Notes: a model not told the origin generated them from the sequence alone. Positions 18,259-27,750 are shown, counted from the stretch's first letter. The stretch is 49,094 nt of DNA from Patescibacteria group bacterium (GCA_034658815.1 JAYEFY010000008.1:1-49094); one strand, 5' to 3'. Translations and numbers: made by a program.

Positions 18259-18350
18259 GCGCTGGTCCGAGTTACAAACTCGGGCCTTTTGTTTGACAAC
18301 AGCTTAGGCGCTAATCCGTATTTGCCCGCCCGCCGTATTGGAGGATAACT
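18259..18350. repeat. Two copies of the GCGCTGGTCCG...CGGACCAGCGC element family (one empty, one with a single 21-bp unit)
   Basis: gcgctggtccgagttacaaactcgggcc at 18259; gcgctaatccgtattt-gcccgcccgccgtattggagg-ataact at about 18308. Confidence 0.7.
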
Positions 18351-18552
18351 TGGTTTTAGTTTAACAGCGGATAAGTTTAAATAAGTAAACAAAACTGGAT
18401 CGCATTGCGAATATATTCTAGCGCTACATTCTGTGTGCAGAACCTGAATAAGATGAGATACATATTGGACACCCCTATTAAAGCAATTATGCTAAACTGA
18501 TCCGAAGTAGTTTTTTTGACAAAAATAGCCTACCTAAAAGAGGGCAGAATAA

Positions 18553-19161
18553 ATGGATATAGCGATAGCGCTAGGTGTATTGGCTGGTCTCCTGCACATC
18601 TTAGTATTTGCTCTCTATAATAGACAGATGCTTAAGGGGATTTCTCAGCCTAATTTGGCTACTTGGATACTGTGGGTCTTTCTGACAGTTCTCAATGTTT
18701 CGAGTTATGCTGTCATGAGCGATGATTGGGTAAAAAGCATTTTACCTCTGGCAAGTTCTATCGCCTGCATTCTAACTTTTCTCTTTGCACTCTATAAAGG
18801 GAAATTATCAAAAATTGACCCTTGGGATGGGTTAGCACTGGGCATTGGGATAATTTCTAGTCTGGTATGGTGGTATTACAAATCTGCTACTTATGCCAAC
18901 TTAATTCTTCAGTTTTCAATTGCAGTTTCCTTTGTGCCGACATATCGAGGTGTTTGGAATAACTCGCTAAAGGAACGAGCCTTGCCATGGTTTATGTGGA
19001 GTTCCGCGTACATACTCAGTATTATTGTAGTTATCTTGCGTTGGCAGAGCCAATATCAGGACTTGGTTTACCCTGTTAATTGTCTTATTCTGCACGCAGT
19101 GGTTGGTTTATTGACGAAAAGGCATAGAAATAATATAGAGCTTCAGAAAAGAGTTTTATAG
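18553..19161 (+). CDS. Multi-pass membrane protein with two internal repeats (possibly PQ-loop/SemiSWEET-like)
   Basis: About 7 hydrophobic helices; 'QPNLATWILW' and 'FVPTYR...ERALPWFMW'. Confidence 0.6.
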   Translation: MDIAIALGVLAGLLHILVFALYNRQMLKGISQPNLATWILWVFLTVLNVSSYAVMSDDWVKSILPLASSIACILTFLFALYKGKLSKIDPWDGLALGIGIISSLVWWYYKSATYANLILQFSIAVSFVPTYRGVWNNSLKERALPWFMWSSAYILSIIVVILRWQSQYQDLVYPVNCLILHAVVGLLTKRHRNNIELQKRVL

Positions 19162-19331
19162 AGAGACAGATTCTTGTCTCTCTATATTTTTTATTTCCCA
19201 TAATGTAACTCTTTTCTTAATCTCCTTTCCCACGAAACTAACGTGTAACGGTACTAAACAAAGGACAATTTTTGCAGCAACGAGGATAATATTATTGAGG
19301 GTGCTAAAATAGAATGGTATAATACGGTCAG

Positions 19332-20366
19332 TTGGTAAAAAATATATCGGTGGAAAAAAATAAAAAGACAAGAAAACAGAAAAGATCAAAGAAGCAAGTA
19401 GACATGCTTTACGGCAGGTTGTTTCACAGAATCAATTTTAGCAGAGGCGCTGTAATTGTTGTCATCTTGATTGTTGCCTATTCATCTTGTGTTTGGTTTG
19501 TTGCCATGAACCGCTATGGCAAATCTCAAAAAATAGCCAAGGGAAATATAAAAGAGAATATGAAAGAGAATATGGATAACAAAGAAGAGCGCTCTTTGAA
19601 AGATGCGGATCAAATTGAGCTTGCGCTTTCAAGTACTGACACTTCTGATTGGAAAACATTTCAAAACACATGGTATGGCTTCAAGGTCAAGTATCCGGAG
19701 ACTTGGATATATCCGACCAGCCAAGGTGCCATTCGAGGTTCAAAATGGGAATATCGCTACAAATTTCGCAAACAACAATTGGCAGACAATGAAATATTTA
19801 TCGGATTTGATGTAGTTGTCTATAATGTTAAAAAAGCCAAAGAGATTTTTGATACTGAAGAATTTCATTTGCTCAAAAATGAAGAACTCAAAGAGAGTCT
19901 TGAATGTCAAAATGTCAAAGTCAGTGCGGTCGAGCCGTGGGATCATCCGGCGGAAAAAATTCATATCTCCATAACCGATAAATGCTATCATCCGGCCATG
20001 TTCTTTTCCCTTGCTCGCGACGGGTATATTTTAAATTTTGTTGCCAAAACAAAAAATGAAAACCGGGAATTTGAAGATCCGCTTCAAATAATCGGTGATG
20101 ATTTTCCTCAATTTTTTGTTTCTGCTTCAACTTTGGATCTTATCGACATCAAAAGACCGCCGTCGAAACCGAAAATTACCGCCCCAAAACCGGTGCAATA
20201 CAAAATAGAAAATGGCCGCATGGTTTGCGCCAAGAAAAATGACAAGCCCAAAAAAAGCAAGAAAACTAAGCATAAACATTTGGACATGGAGTGCTGTCTG
20301 GATCCGGATGAATATCCAAATCCTTGGTGTTATTATGATCCCGTAAAATACGGAAAGTATTTTTAG
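19332..20366 (+). CDS. Single-TM exported protein with a PsbP-like 'WKTFQNTWYGFKVKYPETW' motif and a Cys-rich C-terminal module
   Basis: N-terminal TM; the motif above; C-terminus 'MVCAKKND...HLDMECCLDPDEYPNPWCYY'. Start uncertain (TTG 19332 or ATG 19404). Confidence 0.65.
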   Translation: MVKNISVEKNKKTRKQKRSKKQVDMLYGRLFHRINFSRGAVIVVILIVAYSSCVWFVAMNRYGKSQKIAKGNIKENMKENMDNKEERSLKDADQIELALSSTDTSDWKTFQNTWYGFKVKYPETWIYPTSQGAIRGSKWEYRYKFRKQQLADNEIFIGFDVVVYNVKKAKEIFDTEEFHLLKNEELKESLECQNVKVSAVEPWDHPAEKIHISITDKCYHPAMFFSLARDGYILNFVAKTKNENREFEDPLQIIGDDFPQFFVSASTLDLIDIKRPPSKPKITAPKPVQYKIENGRMVCAKKNDKPKKSKKTKHKHLDMECCLDPDEYPNPWCYYDPVKYGKYF

Positions 20367-20459
20367 TTTAGCGGTGGTTGAGTAAACTGGTTTGATTATA
20401 TCCTCTTTTTCTGGCTAATTTTTTCTATTTTTTGTATAATAAAAGAAAGAGAAAGTTAA

Positions 20460-20642
20460 GGGACTATTCCCGAACACCATTTTTACTGCAAAACCATAAT
20501 TTCAGTTAAATTTATCAAAAATTTTCTTGCCTTAGTTAAAACTAAAGCTCCAAAAATTGTTTGAAAAATTTATCTTGAAATTCTGATTTTTCGTTAACAC
20601 CTGCCTGCCGGTAGGCAGGAAAGCGTGTTCGGGAACAATCCC
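20460..20642. mobile_element. MITE-like element with 18-bp terminal inverted repeats
   Basis: GGGACTATTCCCGAACAC ... GTGTTCGGGAACAATCCC (2 mismatches) in a TA-rich context, with a nested CCTGCCTGCCGGTAGGCAGG palindrome. Confidence 0.75.
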
Positions 20643-20676
20643 ATAAAATAAAAATTAGAAGGGAGGTGGATTAGCA

Positions 20677-20865
20677 ATGAAAAATATAAAAGGTCTAGCC
20701 AGCGGTTTATTTTGGCTATCCCTGGTAGCGCTTGTTTTGGCGGCAGCCGTTTCCTTTTTTCAAGTTGATCTTTGGCTAGCGGGAACCCAATGGATATTAG
20801 TAGCCATAACGCTGGTGGTGTACGCTATTTATTTGAATTGTCAGGAAGTACACGGGAAAGATTAA
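20677..20865 (+). CDS. Small two-TM membrane protein
   Basis: Strong SD (GGGAGGTG); two hydrophobic helices around 'LWLAGTQW'. Confidence 0.7.
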   Translation: MKNIKGLASGLFWLSLVALVLAAAVSFFQVDLWLAGTQWILVAITLVVYAIYLNCQEVHGKD

Positions 20866-20970
20866 TTTAAGAATCCAGATAACTTATAATTTATCAAGTT
20901 TTCGCTTTTTTGTATTGCGGCTCGCACACTTTTTGGTGTTATAAATGCTTTTTACGGTTAGGAGATTTTG

Positions 20971-21060
20971 ATCCGTATTTGCCTGTCCGCCGTATTGGAG
21001 AGCCTGTCCGCCGTATTGGAGGATCTGTCTGCCGTACTGGAGGATAACTCGGACCAGCGC
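20971..21060 (+). repeat. Modular element with three tandem 21-bp units (GCCTGTCCGCCGTAYTGGAGR)
   Basis: Units at 20981, 21002 and 21023, bounded by TCCGTATTT and ATAACTCGGACCAGCGC. Confidence 0.9.
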
Positions 21061-21222
21061 AGAAAATTATAAATAGGTGCAAAAAGTTATCCACAGGCCG
21101 GTTCTTAACAATTTTTTTAAAAGACTATAATTTAAATAAGAACCATTCACGATCTATCAAAAAGTTCTTTAGGATAAAAACAAAAAAACAAAACAAAAGA
21201 GAAAAGTATAAGAGGTGAGAAA

Positions 21223-21405
21223 ATGAGTGAATTTAGAGAAGAATTCCGAGAAATCTTGATGGGGTCGAGGTTTTGGAACATGGTGCCAGCAGGAGAAAAA
21301 GAAAGAGAAAGAGAGGCAATGTTAGATTTCGCATGCCAGGAATTGAGAGCTGTCCAAGAAGTAGCGAAATGGACGGAAACACAGAGTAAAGCTTTCGGCG
21401 CGTAA
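21223..21405 (+). CDS. Small hypothetical protein (60 aa)
   Basis: SD GAGGTG upstream; hairpin plus U-tract overlapping the stop. Confidence 0.6.
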   Translation: MSEFREEFREILMGSRFWNMVPAGEKEREREAMLDFACQELRAVQEVAKWTETQSKAFGA

Positions 21406-21591
21406 TTTTGCGCTGGAAGCTTTTTGTTTTAGGGATCGGAGACTTCCGTCTCTTCGCGAACAGCGGGACAGGAAGCTAGCTTGAAAACAATCCCTTATAA
21501 ATTTTTGAAATATTCTCAGAGGCTTGACGGTAGTACATTATAGGTATATATTCATAATATAACGATATAATAAAGAAAGGAGGTGGTAAAT

Positions 21592-21819
21592 ATGCCGCAA
21601 AGAGACAGAACCGGTCCTATGGGAATGGGATCGAAAACCGGACGTGGAATGGGCCCTTGCCGCGAAGGATACGGTTTGGGCAGAGGATATAGAACAAGAC
21701 TAAGGGGATTTCAAGGGATGAATGAAAAAGATAAAAAGGAAATGCTTAAGGATGAAGCTCAGTGTCTCAAGGAAAATTTGAAGGAGATAGAAGAAGAGCT
21801 GAGTGAAATGGAAGAATAG
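21592..21819 (+). CDS. DUF5320-family small protein
   Basis: 'MPQRDRTGPMGMGSKTGRGMGPC' followed by a coiled-coil tail; SD AAAGGAGGTG. Confidence 0.85.
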   Translation: MPQRDRTGPMGMGSKTGRGMGPCREGYGLGRGYRTRLRGFQGMNEKDKKEMLKDEAQCLKENLKEIEEELSEMEE

Positions 21820-21900
21820 GTTCCATTGCTGGAAACAGCCTTACTCCTCCAATAGTGAAGGAGCGGGTTGTTTTGGCAAAATTTGGATGAATAACATACA

Positions 21901-22076
21901 GAGACTGTTTCCAAACTAACTCTCTGCCTCATCGGCAGACAGGCGCTACCAAAAATTTTGTCCCAAGTACTCGGGGAACCAACGCTTATCTGCCCTGCCT
22001 GCCGCCTGCCTGCCGGCAGGCAGGGCAGGCAGGCGGTAAGCGAGGCGAGCAGGAAACTAGTTTGGCAATAATCCCC
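21901..22076. mobile_element. MITE-like element (same TIR family as 20460) carrying nested CCTGCC palindromes
   Basis: GAGACTGTTTCCAAACTA ... TAGTTTGGCAATAATCCCC; internal gtcccaagtactcgggg and nested cctgcctgccggcaggcagg. Confidence 0.65.
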
Positions 22077-22088
22077 TATAACAATTTT

Positions 22089-22364
22089 ATGGCACGGCCA
22101 AGACTTTGCAAACGCTTACGTTTTAATCCCAAGGTTTACTATTATAAGCCGCGAGGAGTTCCAATGGTTAAATTGGAAGAAGTTATTTTGACCAAGGAAG
22201 AACTGGAAGCGATAAAACTGAAAGATCATGACGGGCTGGAGCAAGTGGCTGCCGCGCGGAAAATGGACACTTCTCAAAGCACTTTCCAGAGAATTCTATC
22301 TTCAAGTAGAAAGAAAATTGCCCATGCCATAGTGAAGGGTAAAGCATTAAAAATAGAAGAGTGA
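22089..22364 (+). CDS. DUF134 / UPF0251 HTH protein
   Basis: 'MARPRLCK...YYKPRGVP...LTKEELEAIKLKD..GLEQ..AA..M..SQSTFQRILSSSRKKIAHAIVKGKALKIE'. Confidence 0.9.
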   Translation: MARPRLCKRLRFNPKVYYYKPRGVPMVKLEEVILTKEELEAIKLKDHDGLEQVAAARKMDTSQSTFQRILSSSRKKIAHAIVKGKALKIEE

Positions 22365-22538
22365 AAATAATCAAAAATAAAAAGAATTAGGCAGCTTCAT
22401 TCGAAATAAAGATATCCGGGTTCTCTCTACAGATCTTATTTGTTAGAAATTAGAGCGTTATTGGTTATTTGCGATATTGCCGCTTTTTTGTTATCCCGAG
22501 TCCCGAGCATTCGGGATTCATTAGTTTCAATACAAAAA

Positions 22539-22628
22539 GTCCGCATTACCCTCCAGTACGGCGGGCAGGCTCTCCAGTACGGCGGGCAAGCCCTCCAATA
22601 TGGCGGACAGGCAAATACGGACCAGCGC
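22539..22628 (-). repeat. Inverted copy of the three-unit 21-bp modular element
   Basis: Units at 22550, 22571 and 22592 are reverse complements of the 20981 unit; ends in AAATACGGACCAGCGC. Confidence 0.9.
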
Positions 22629-22872
22629 AGTTGTTCTCCAGTACAGCGGGCAGATAAGTTTGAACTAGCACAGGGTTGTTGCGCGTCAGCGGTTTTTGTG
22701 CTAAAAACCTAATAAAGCGGTTCTTTCGAGGCAGGGTCTTAAGCGGGTTCTTTGTAAATTCGGCGATAACCGAAAATTGAAGGAGTTGAAAATGAATATA
22801 TCAGATGCTATAGTTAGAGCAGGATTAAGAAATGGATGTTTATTTATAGTTATCAATAAACTTATCACGAAA

Positions 22873-23787
22873 ATGGCAGTCAAAAAAAAGGAGACAAAAT
22901 ATAAATCCGAAGTCAATCTTGAGCAAGTTTTGGAAGAGAACGATTTAACTTTTACCGAGGCGGGATCTTTTAGAAACAAAGCTGCTGTTATTCGAGTAAA
23001 GGATACCGGTGGAAATAGTCTTATTCTTAAAACTGGCGGAATTGAGCCTTTTCAAGTTCAGCTTCTCAAAACTGCCAAGCTGATTGAAAGCCAGCTGTGC
23101 TTTAAAGTCCCAACCATTATCAAACAAGGCGAAGACTGGATACTTCTTGAAGATATTCAGGGACAATCTCTCAATGAGCTTATTGACAGAAAACCTCAAT
23201 GGTGCGCGGAAGTGAGCAAAAAAATTACTGATGATTATCAAAAGGTAACCGCAAAGATTTTAGAAACTGAGAATCCGGGCAATCTCTTCGAAGACGGAAA
23301 ACGCTGGATATTTTCAAGGTTACTTCTTTGGGGCGGTTCGATCATTAACGCGGGTTTAATGGAATATCAGGAGATTAAAGATATTGCCGATGAATTTGAA
23401 CGGATCATAAAGCAAAAGGGCGAGGATCTTTTTGGATGGTTCCACGGTAACATCATTGGTGATCACGTCATAGTTTCCGGCGACGATATTTATTTGCTGG
23501 ATCTTCATATTGTTCCTCGCGCTGGAAAAAATTATTATGATTTTCTAAGAGCATTGGATTTCATGTTTTTAAAATCTTCTAAAGAAGAAGAAATGTTCAA
23601 CCTGATTCCTCAGTGGGTTCAAAAGTATTTACCGCAAGAGGATCATGAAGAGGTTAAACTTGTTCTTGCTTCAAGATTTATCGGTATTCTCGGCTGGGAT
23701 ATTTTATTTCACAAGGTTGAATACACGGAAGGAAGCCTTGAGAAGAAAAAAGAATTGGCAATGAAATTTATCAAAAAAGAATATTGA
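22873..23787 (+). CDS. APH/choline-kinase-fold protein with a non-canonical catalytic loop
   Basis: 'LILKTG', 'FKVPTII...WILLEDIQG', 'FHGNIIGDHVI...YLLDL', 'YYDF'. Start ATG 22873 assumed. Confidence 0.65.
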   Translation: MAVKKKETKYKSEVNLEQVLEENDLTFTEAGSFRNKAAVIRVKDTGGNSLILKTGGIEPFQVQLLKTAKLIESQLCFKVPTIIKQGEDWILLEDIQGQSLNELIDRKPQWCAEVSKKITDDYQKVTAKILETENPGNLFEDGKRWIFSRLLLWGGSIINAGLMEYQEIKDIADEFERIIKQKGEDLFGWFHGNIIGDHVIVSGDDIYLLDLHIVPRAGKNYYDFLRALDFMFLKSSKEEEMFNLIPQWVQKYLPQEDHEEVKLVLASRFIGILGWDILFHKVEYTEGSLEKKKELAMKFIKKEY

Positions 23788-23802
23788 AAGGAGGGATGCA
23801 AA

Positions 23803-23949
23803 ATGGAAGTCTGCAAAGATCCAAAAAGAATGATTAAGGCTGATTGGGTTTCAGAACTCTATGAAAATCTTACAGGAGAAGAAATTATCAACGCTGTGCG
23901 GGAAGACGTAAAACGGATGATTGACAGATCAACGAAGAAAAGTACATAG
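23803..23949 (+). CDS. Small 48-aa hypothetical protein (below the ORF-track cutoff)
   Basis: SD AAGGAGG upstream; MEVCKDPKRMIKADWVSELYENLTGEEIINAVREDVKRMIDRSTKKST; terminator immediately after. Confidence 0.55.
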   Translation: MEVCKDPKRMIKADWVSELYENLTGEEIINAVREDVKRMIDRSTKKST

Positions 23950-23960
23950 ACGAAACATGC

Positions 23961-23991
23961 AGGAGGTTCTTGAATAAGAACCTCCGTTTTT
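23961..23991 (+). terminator. Rho-independent terminator
   Basis: GGAGGTTCTT-GAAT-AAGAACCTCC followed by GTTTTT. Confidence 0.75.
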
Positions 23992-24177
23992 GTTATAAAA
24001 AGAACAGTGCCAATAAAAACAAAAGATTTAAACAAAAAGTATTTGGCGGCAAATCTGGACCAGCGCTGAATTCGCAAATTGATCATTGCGCTCTGCGCCA
24101 GCGCGGAAAATAAAACCCCCCGTCGAAAATAATTATATCAACGGGGAATTTAAAAGTTTACATTATTTTTTACTTTT

Positions 24178-25299
24178 TTACATGGCAGTTTCTATGGCAG
24201 TTTTCATATAGCCATGTACCAGTTCATCCATAAGTTCTCTAACCGAGACTATCTTGTTTATCCGCCATACGTTTGAGCCGCAGAAGACAAAGCTCGATCT
24301 AAAAATCCCTCTTTGGGCGTTTACAAGAGCCATGGCGATACAATAAGGGGTATCCGGGTAATTACAGGATTTGAGACACTTATATATGCATCGACGAGGT
24401 CTCTTTTTCCCTGCCTTGGCCTCCTCAATGAATTTACACCTAAGGGCTCTTCCGGGCATGCCTACCGGACTATTGATTATGGAGACATCTTCTTCTTTCG
24501 CCCTGATGTAGGCCTGCTTAAACTTATCGGATGCATCGCATTCATGAGTGGCCACAAAACGCGTTCCCATCTGCACGCCGGCAGCTCCCATCCGGATGAA
24601 CTTGTAAATGTCCTCGCCCGTATAGATCCCACCGGCCGCGATTACCGGTATAGCTTGCCCGCTTTTCTGTTCAAAGGGTTTTACTGCCTCAATGACTTGG
24701 GATGTGAGGTTTTCAATATAGTTTTCAGGGGAATCGATATCTTCTGCTTTGAAGCCAAGGTGTCCTCCTGCCTTGGGACCTTCAACAACAATGGCATCCG
24801 GGAGATGGGAGAAATGCAAATCCCATCTGTGACAAATGATACTAGCGGCACGCCCTGAAGATACAATCGGGACAACCTTTGTGTTACAGCCTTCCGGTAT
24901 GAGTCCGGGGAGTCCGAGAGGAAGCCCGGCTCCGCTGATGATGAGATCCGCCCCTGCCTCTGCTGCGATACGGACAGCTTCCTCGTAGTCAGTAAGGGCA
25001 ACCATGATGTTGACACCAATTATGCCATTAGGGGCAGCTTCCTTGGCTAAGCGGATCTGTTTTTTCAGGGCTCGGAAAGTGGCACCTTGCGGGTCTTTGT
25101 GAAAATCCGTTTCGTTTAAACCAATAAGGACCGATGCAATGACTCCTATACCTCCGGCTCTGGCTACGGCAGAAGCCAGCCCGGCCATAGAGATACCGAC
25201 TCCCATACCTCCTTGGATAATTGGAACCGGTACTGTTACATTGCCTATGGTCAACGGCGGAGGTGCATATTCATATTCATCTGTAATAATTGTTGACAT
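24178..25299 (-). CDS. Nitronate monooxygenase / FabK-like FMN oxidoreductase
   Basis: 'PIIQGGMGVGIS', 'VVEGPKAGGHLG', 'VIAAGGI', 'GVQMGTRF', 'SPVGMPGRA', and a Cys cluster 'CIYKCLKSC...YCI'. Confidence 0.92.
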   Translation of the reverse strand: MSTIITDEYEYAPPPLTIGNVTVPVPIIQGGMGVGISMAGLASAVARAGGIGVIASVLIGLNETDFHKDPQGATFRALKKQIRLAKEAAPNGIIGVNIMVALTDYEEAVRIAAEAGADLIISGAGLPLGLPGLIPEGCNTKVVPIVSSGRAASIICHRWDLHFSHLPDAIVVEGPKAGGHLGFKAEDIDSPENYIENLTSQVIEAVKPFEQKSGQAIPVIAAGGIYTGEDIYKFIRMGAAGVQMGTRFVATHECDASDKFKQAYIRAKEEDVSIINSPVGMPGRALRCKFIEEAKAGKKRPRRCIYKCLKSCNYPDTPYCIAMALVNAQRGIFRSSFVFCGSNVWRINKIVSVRELMDELVHGYMKTAIETAM

Positions 25300-25478
25300 T
25301 TTCTATCCTCCTCGTCTGTTTTTTGTTTAAAGGAACTTCAAATATTTCATTATTTCATATAGTATAACTATAGATAGAAATGTCTCGCGTTGTCAAATAA
25401 TAATAGTCAGAATGAATCACGGACGTTACCAGTCCCAAAAAAGCGCCCCTCTTTAAAATTTTGAAGAGGGGATAAGTA

Positions 25479-26309
25479 TTAGTAAAGCACCTTAAGTCTA
25501 TTATTCTTTCGTAGTTTTCTAAGTGCTTTACCTTCTATCTGGCGAACTTGTTCTCTGGTTATATTACCGATTTTTTCCTTCGTTTCTTCTAAGGTGTGAT
25601 CCGGTTCTCCAATACCAAAACGGAGCCGGACAATTCTTTCTTCTTGAGGTGATAGTTCGCCTAAAATAAGGCGAATTCTTCCTGATATTATATGCCTATC
25701 TACCTGCTCTTCAGTGGAAACAGCACCTGGACTTTCAGTGATATCTTCGAATGACGTATCTTCATTATCACCTATCGGACGTTGAAAAGACAAAGCGTGT
25801 AACGGAAAGTCTTTAAACCTTTCCAACTCCTTTTCAAACAGAACCGTTTCAGCGGCAATTTTTTTATCATCAGGTGAATCGTTTGACCTTTCTTCTAGTA
25901 AAGCTTGGCATTGTAAAAACTCTGTCAAAGGTTTTACCGGTATTCTAATGGTTCGATCATAATCCGTTATTGTGCGCGCAATAGCTTGTCGAATCCACCA
26001 AGTTGCATATGTTGAAAACTTATAGCCTTTTCGATAATCAAATTTTTCAACAGCCCTGAGTAAGCCTTCATTTCCTCCCTGAATAAGGTCGAGAAACGAC
26101 AACTTGCGAGTTATCCCGACATATTTTCTTGCTATCGATATGACAAGACGTAAATTAGCTTCCGTAAGTTTTTTCTTCGCGCCCTGATCGTCTTTTTCAA
26201 TTCTTTTTGCCAGTTCTATCGCCTCATTTTTAGTTAAAAGCCGAAATTTTTTAGTTTCTCCCAAATATATTTTAAGCGGATCACTATCAAAATAAGATTT
26301 TTCTTTCAT
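25479..26309 (-). CDS. RpoD-like sigma-70 factor paralog lacking region 1.1
   Basis: Region 1.2 'DPLKIYL'; region 2 '[13 protein letters not shown]...[16 protein letters not shown]...[14 protein letters not shown]'; region 4 'RLRFG...TLEE...[16 protein letters not shown]'. Confidence 0.9.
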   Translation of the reverse strand: MKEKSYFDSDPLKIYLGETKKFRLLTKNEAIELAKRIEKDDQGAKKKLTEANLRLVISIARKYVGITRKLSFLDLIQGGNEGLLRAVEKFDYRKGYKFSTYATWWIRQAIARTITDYDRTIRIPVKPLTEFLQCQALLEERSNDSPDDKKIAAETVLFEKELERFKDFPLHALSFQRPIGDNEDTSFEDITESPGAVSTEEQVDRHIISGRIRLILGELSPQEERIVRLRFGIGEPDHTLEETKEKIGNITREQVRQIEGKALRKLRKNNRLKVLY

Positions 26310-26635
26310 ATTGACTCCCAGCTCCTTTCACTTTTAATTTCTTAATCAGTTAATATGCTGATATTGTATTTTCAAGCAACTAACTTGTATATTAGGTAAT
26401 GAATGGAAGTTAGTCAATAGCTTATATTTGAAACTACATTCAAAACTCATCGCCTCTTTTTTAGAAATTAGGCTGCAGGTAAAATGTTACCGGCTTCAAA
26501 GTTCAATCCCAAGTACTCAGGATTGAATCTTAGGAAAATAACCTTGGGAAATACTAATTATCTGGTAATTCTCTTAATCTTTGTGCTGGAGCGAGCCAAC
26601 CCGTACCGAACAGTAAATCCGGGCAGACAAAGAGC

Positions 26636-26663
26636 TTGACCTTTATGATACTTTGTTTATAAT
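26636..26663 (+). promoter_or_regulatory. Sigma-70 promoter upstream of the RRM gene
   Basis: TTGACC-16 bp-TATAAT. Confidence 0.6.
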
Positions 26664-26771
26664 AAGCATATCTTCTCAATATGTTTTCGTTCCCAAAATG
26701 ATAGTGACGCGCGATCGCATTCATTCGAAGAAGAAGGCAGGGAAGAATAAATAAGTTATAAAGAACATTGC

Positions 26772-27083
26772 ATGGCAAAAAAATTGTTTGTTGGCGGTCT
26801 TTCCTATGACACGACAGAAGAATCCCTTAAAACAGCATTCTCTGAAGCCGGCGCTGTCGAATCGGTAGCGATTATTACCGATAGAATGACAGGACGTTCT
26901 CGTGGATTCGGATTTATCGAGATGTCAAGTGACGAGGATGCGACAAAAGCCATCGAGCTTTTTGATGACAAAGAGTTTGAGGGGCGAACGCTGAAAGTCA
27001 GTGAGGCACGGCCTCGAAATGACAAGCCGTTTCAACAAGATGGAAACAAAGATTTTGGGAGCGAACGCAGTTTCGACGTTTAA
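26772..27083 (+). CDS. RRM (RNP-1) RNA-binding protein
   Basis: RNP2 'KLFVGGL', RNP1 'RGFGFIEM', 'GRTLKVSEARP'. Confidence 0.95.
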   Translation: MAKKLFVGGLSYDTTEESLKTAFSEAGAVESVAIITDRMTGRSRGFGFIEMSSDEDATKAIELFDDKEFEGRTLKVSEARPRNDKPFQQDGNKDFGSERSFDV

Positions 27084-27111
27084 AGTCTTATTTTAAAATC
27101 TTATAGTGGCA

Positions 27112-27146
27112 CAAAAAAACAGGAGTCGCGTAATCCTGTTTTTTTG
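27112..27146. terminator. Bidirectional terminator between convergent genes
   Basis: CAAAAAAACAGGA ... TCCTGTTTTTTTG. Confidence 0.75.
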
Positions 27147-27167
27147 TTGAAAAATTTTTACGAAAAA

Positions 27168-27734
27168 TTATTTTTCCAGCTCTAATTTTGCAGACTCATC
27201 TTCCTCTTCCTCTTTTTGTTCCTTCCAATCCGATGCATTCTGTGCGAGCTGCTCATAAATTGCGCTCCGGACAAGATAGACATTTGCAATTCCTTGTTTG
27301 CGCATATAGAATGTGTCTGCTTGAGAGCCTTGTTTTCCAACATAGAAGACTGCGTTCTTGTTTCCATTGGTGAAGGTTAAAACGATGCTTTCATCCTTAT
27401 CCACATCAAATTTTTTGTGGTTATCTTGATTTTTAGACGCGAGTTTAACTATCTTTGTATTTGCTATATCACCAAAGAAAAAAGCGACTTTATTTTGCGA
27501 AGCCTTTTCCCCGTTTATTTGCCATTCCCCGTTAGATAACTGAAGTGTTTGGGTTGTTTCTTTTTGTTTGATCTCAACTTTTTGAACCGATTCTTTAGTG
27601 AAATTTTTGAGATCAACGCTGGTTGTTCTCTGAACCGGTTTACCCTTAAAGATAGTTTTTTTAATTGCAGGGAAGAACGCGGCAACGACGAGAACAACGA
27701 GAACGATAAACAGGATCTTGATATTTTTATTCAT
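27168..27734 (-). CDS. DUF4340-family protein
   Basis: N-terminal TM; 'W.I...A....V..F', 'FYVGK....TFYMRK....VYLV'; typical position after gldG-like genes. Confidence 0.7.
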   Translation of the reverse strand: MNKNIKILFIVLVVLVVAAFFPAIKKTIFKGKPVQRTTSVDLKNFTKESVQKVEIKQKETTQTLQLSNGEWQINGEKASQNKVAFFFGDIANTKIVKLASKNQDNHKKFDVDKDESIVLTFTNGNKNAVFYVGKQGSQADTFYMRKQGIANVYLVRSAIYEQLAQNASDWKEQKEEEEDESAKLELEK

Positions 27735-27750
27735 AATGTAAAGTTAGCCA

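Noticed and set aside
20981-21043. CRISPR array from the 21-bp repeats (also 22550-22612)
   Set aside because: The units are directly adjacent with no unique spacers, and no cas genes are in the window.
22440-22712. 90-aa ORF with 'LQYGGQA' x3
   Set aside because: It is the translation of the 21-bp DNA repeat element, with no independent coding signal.
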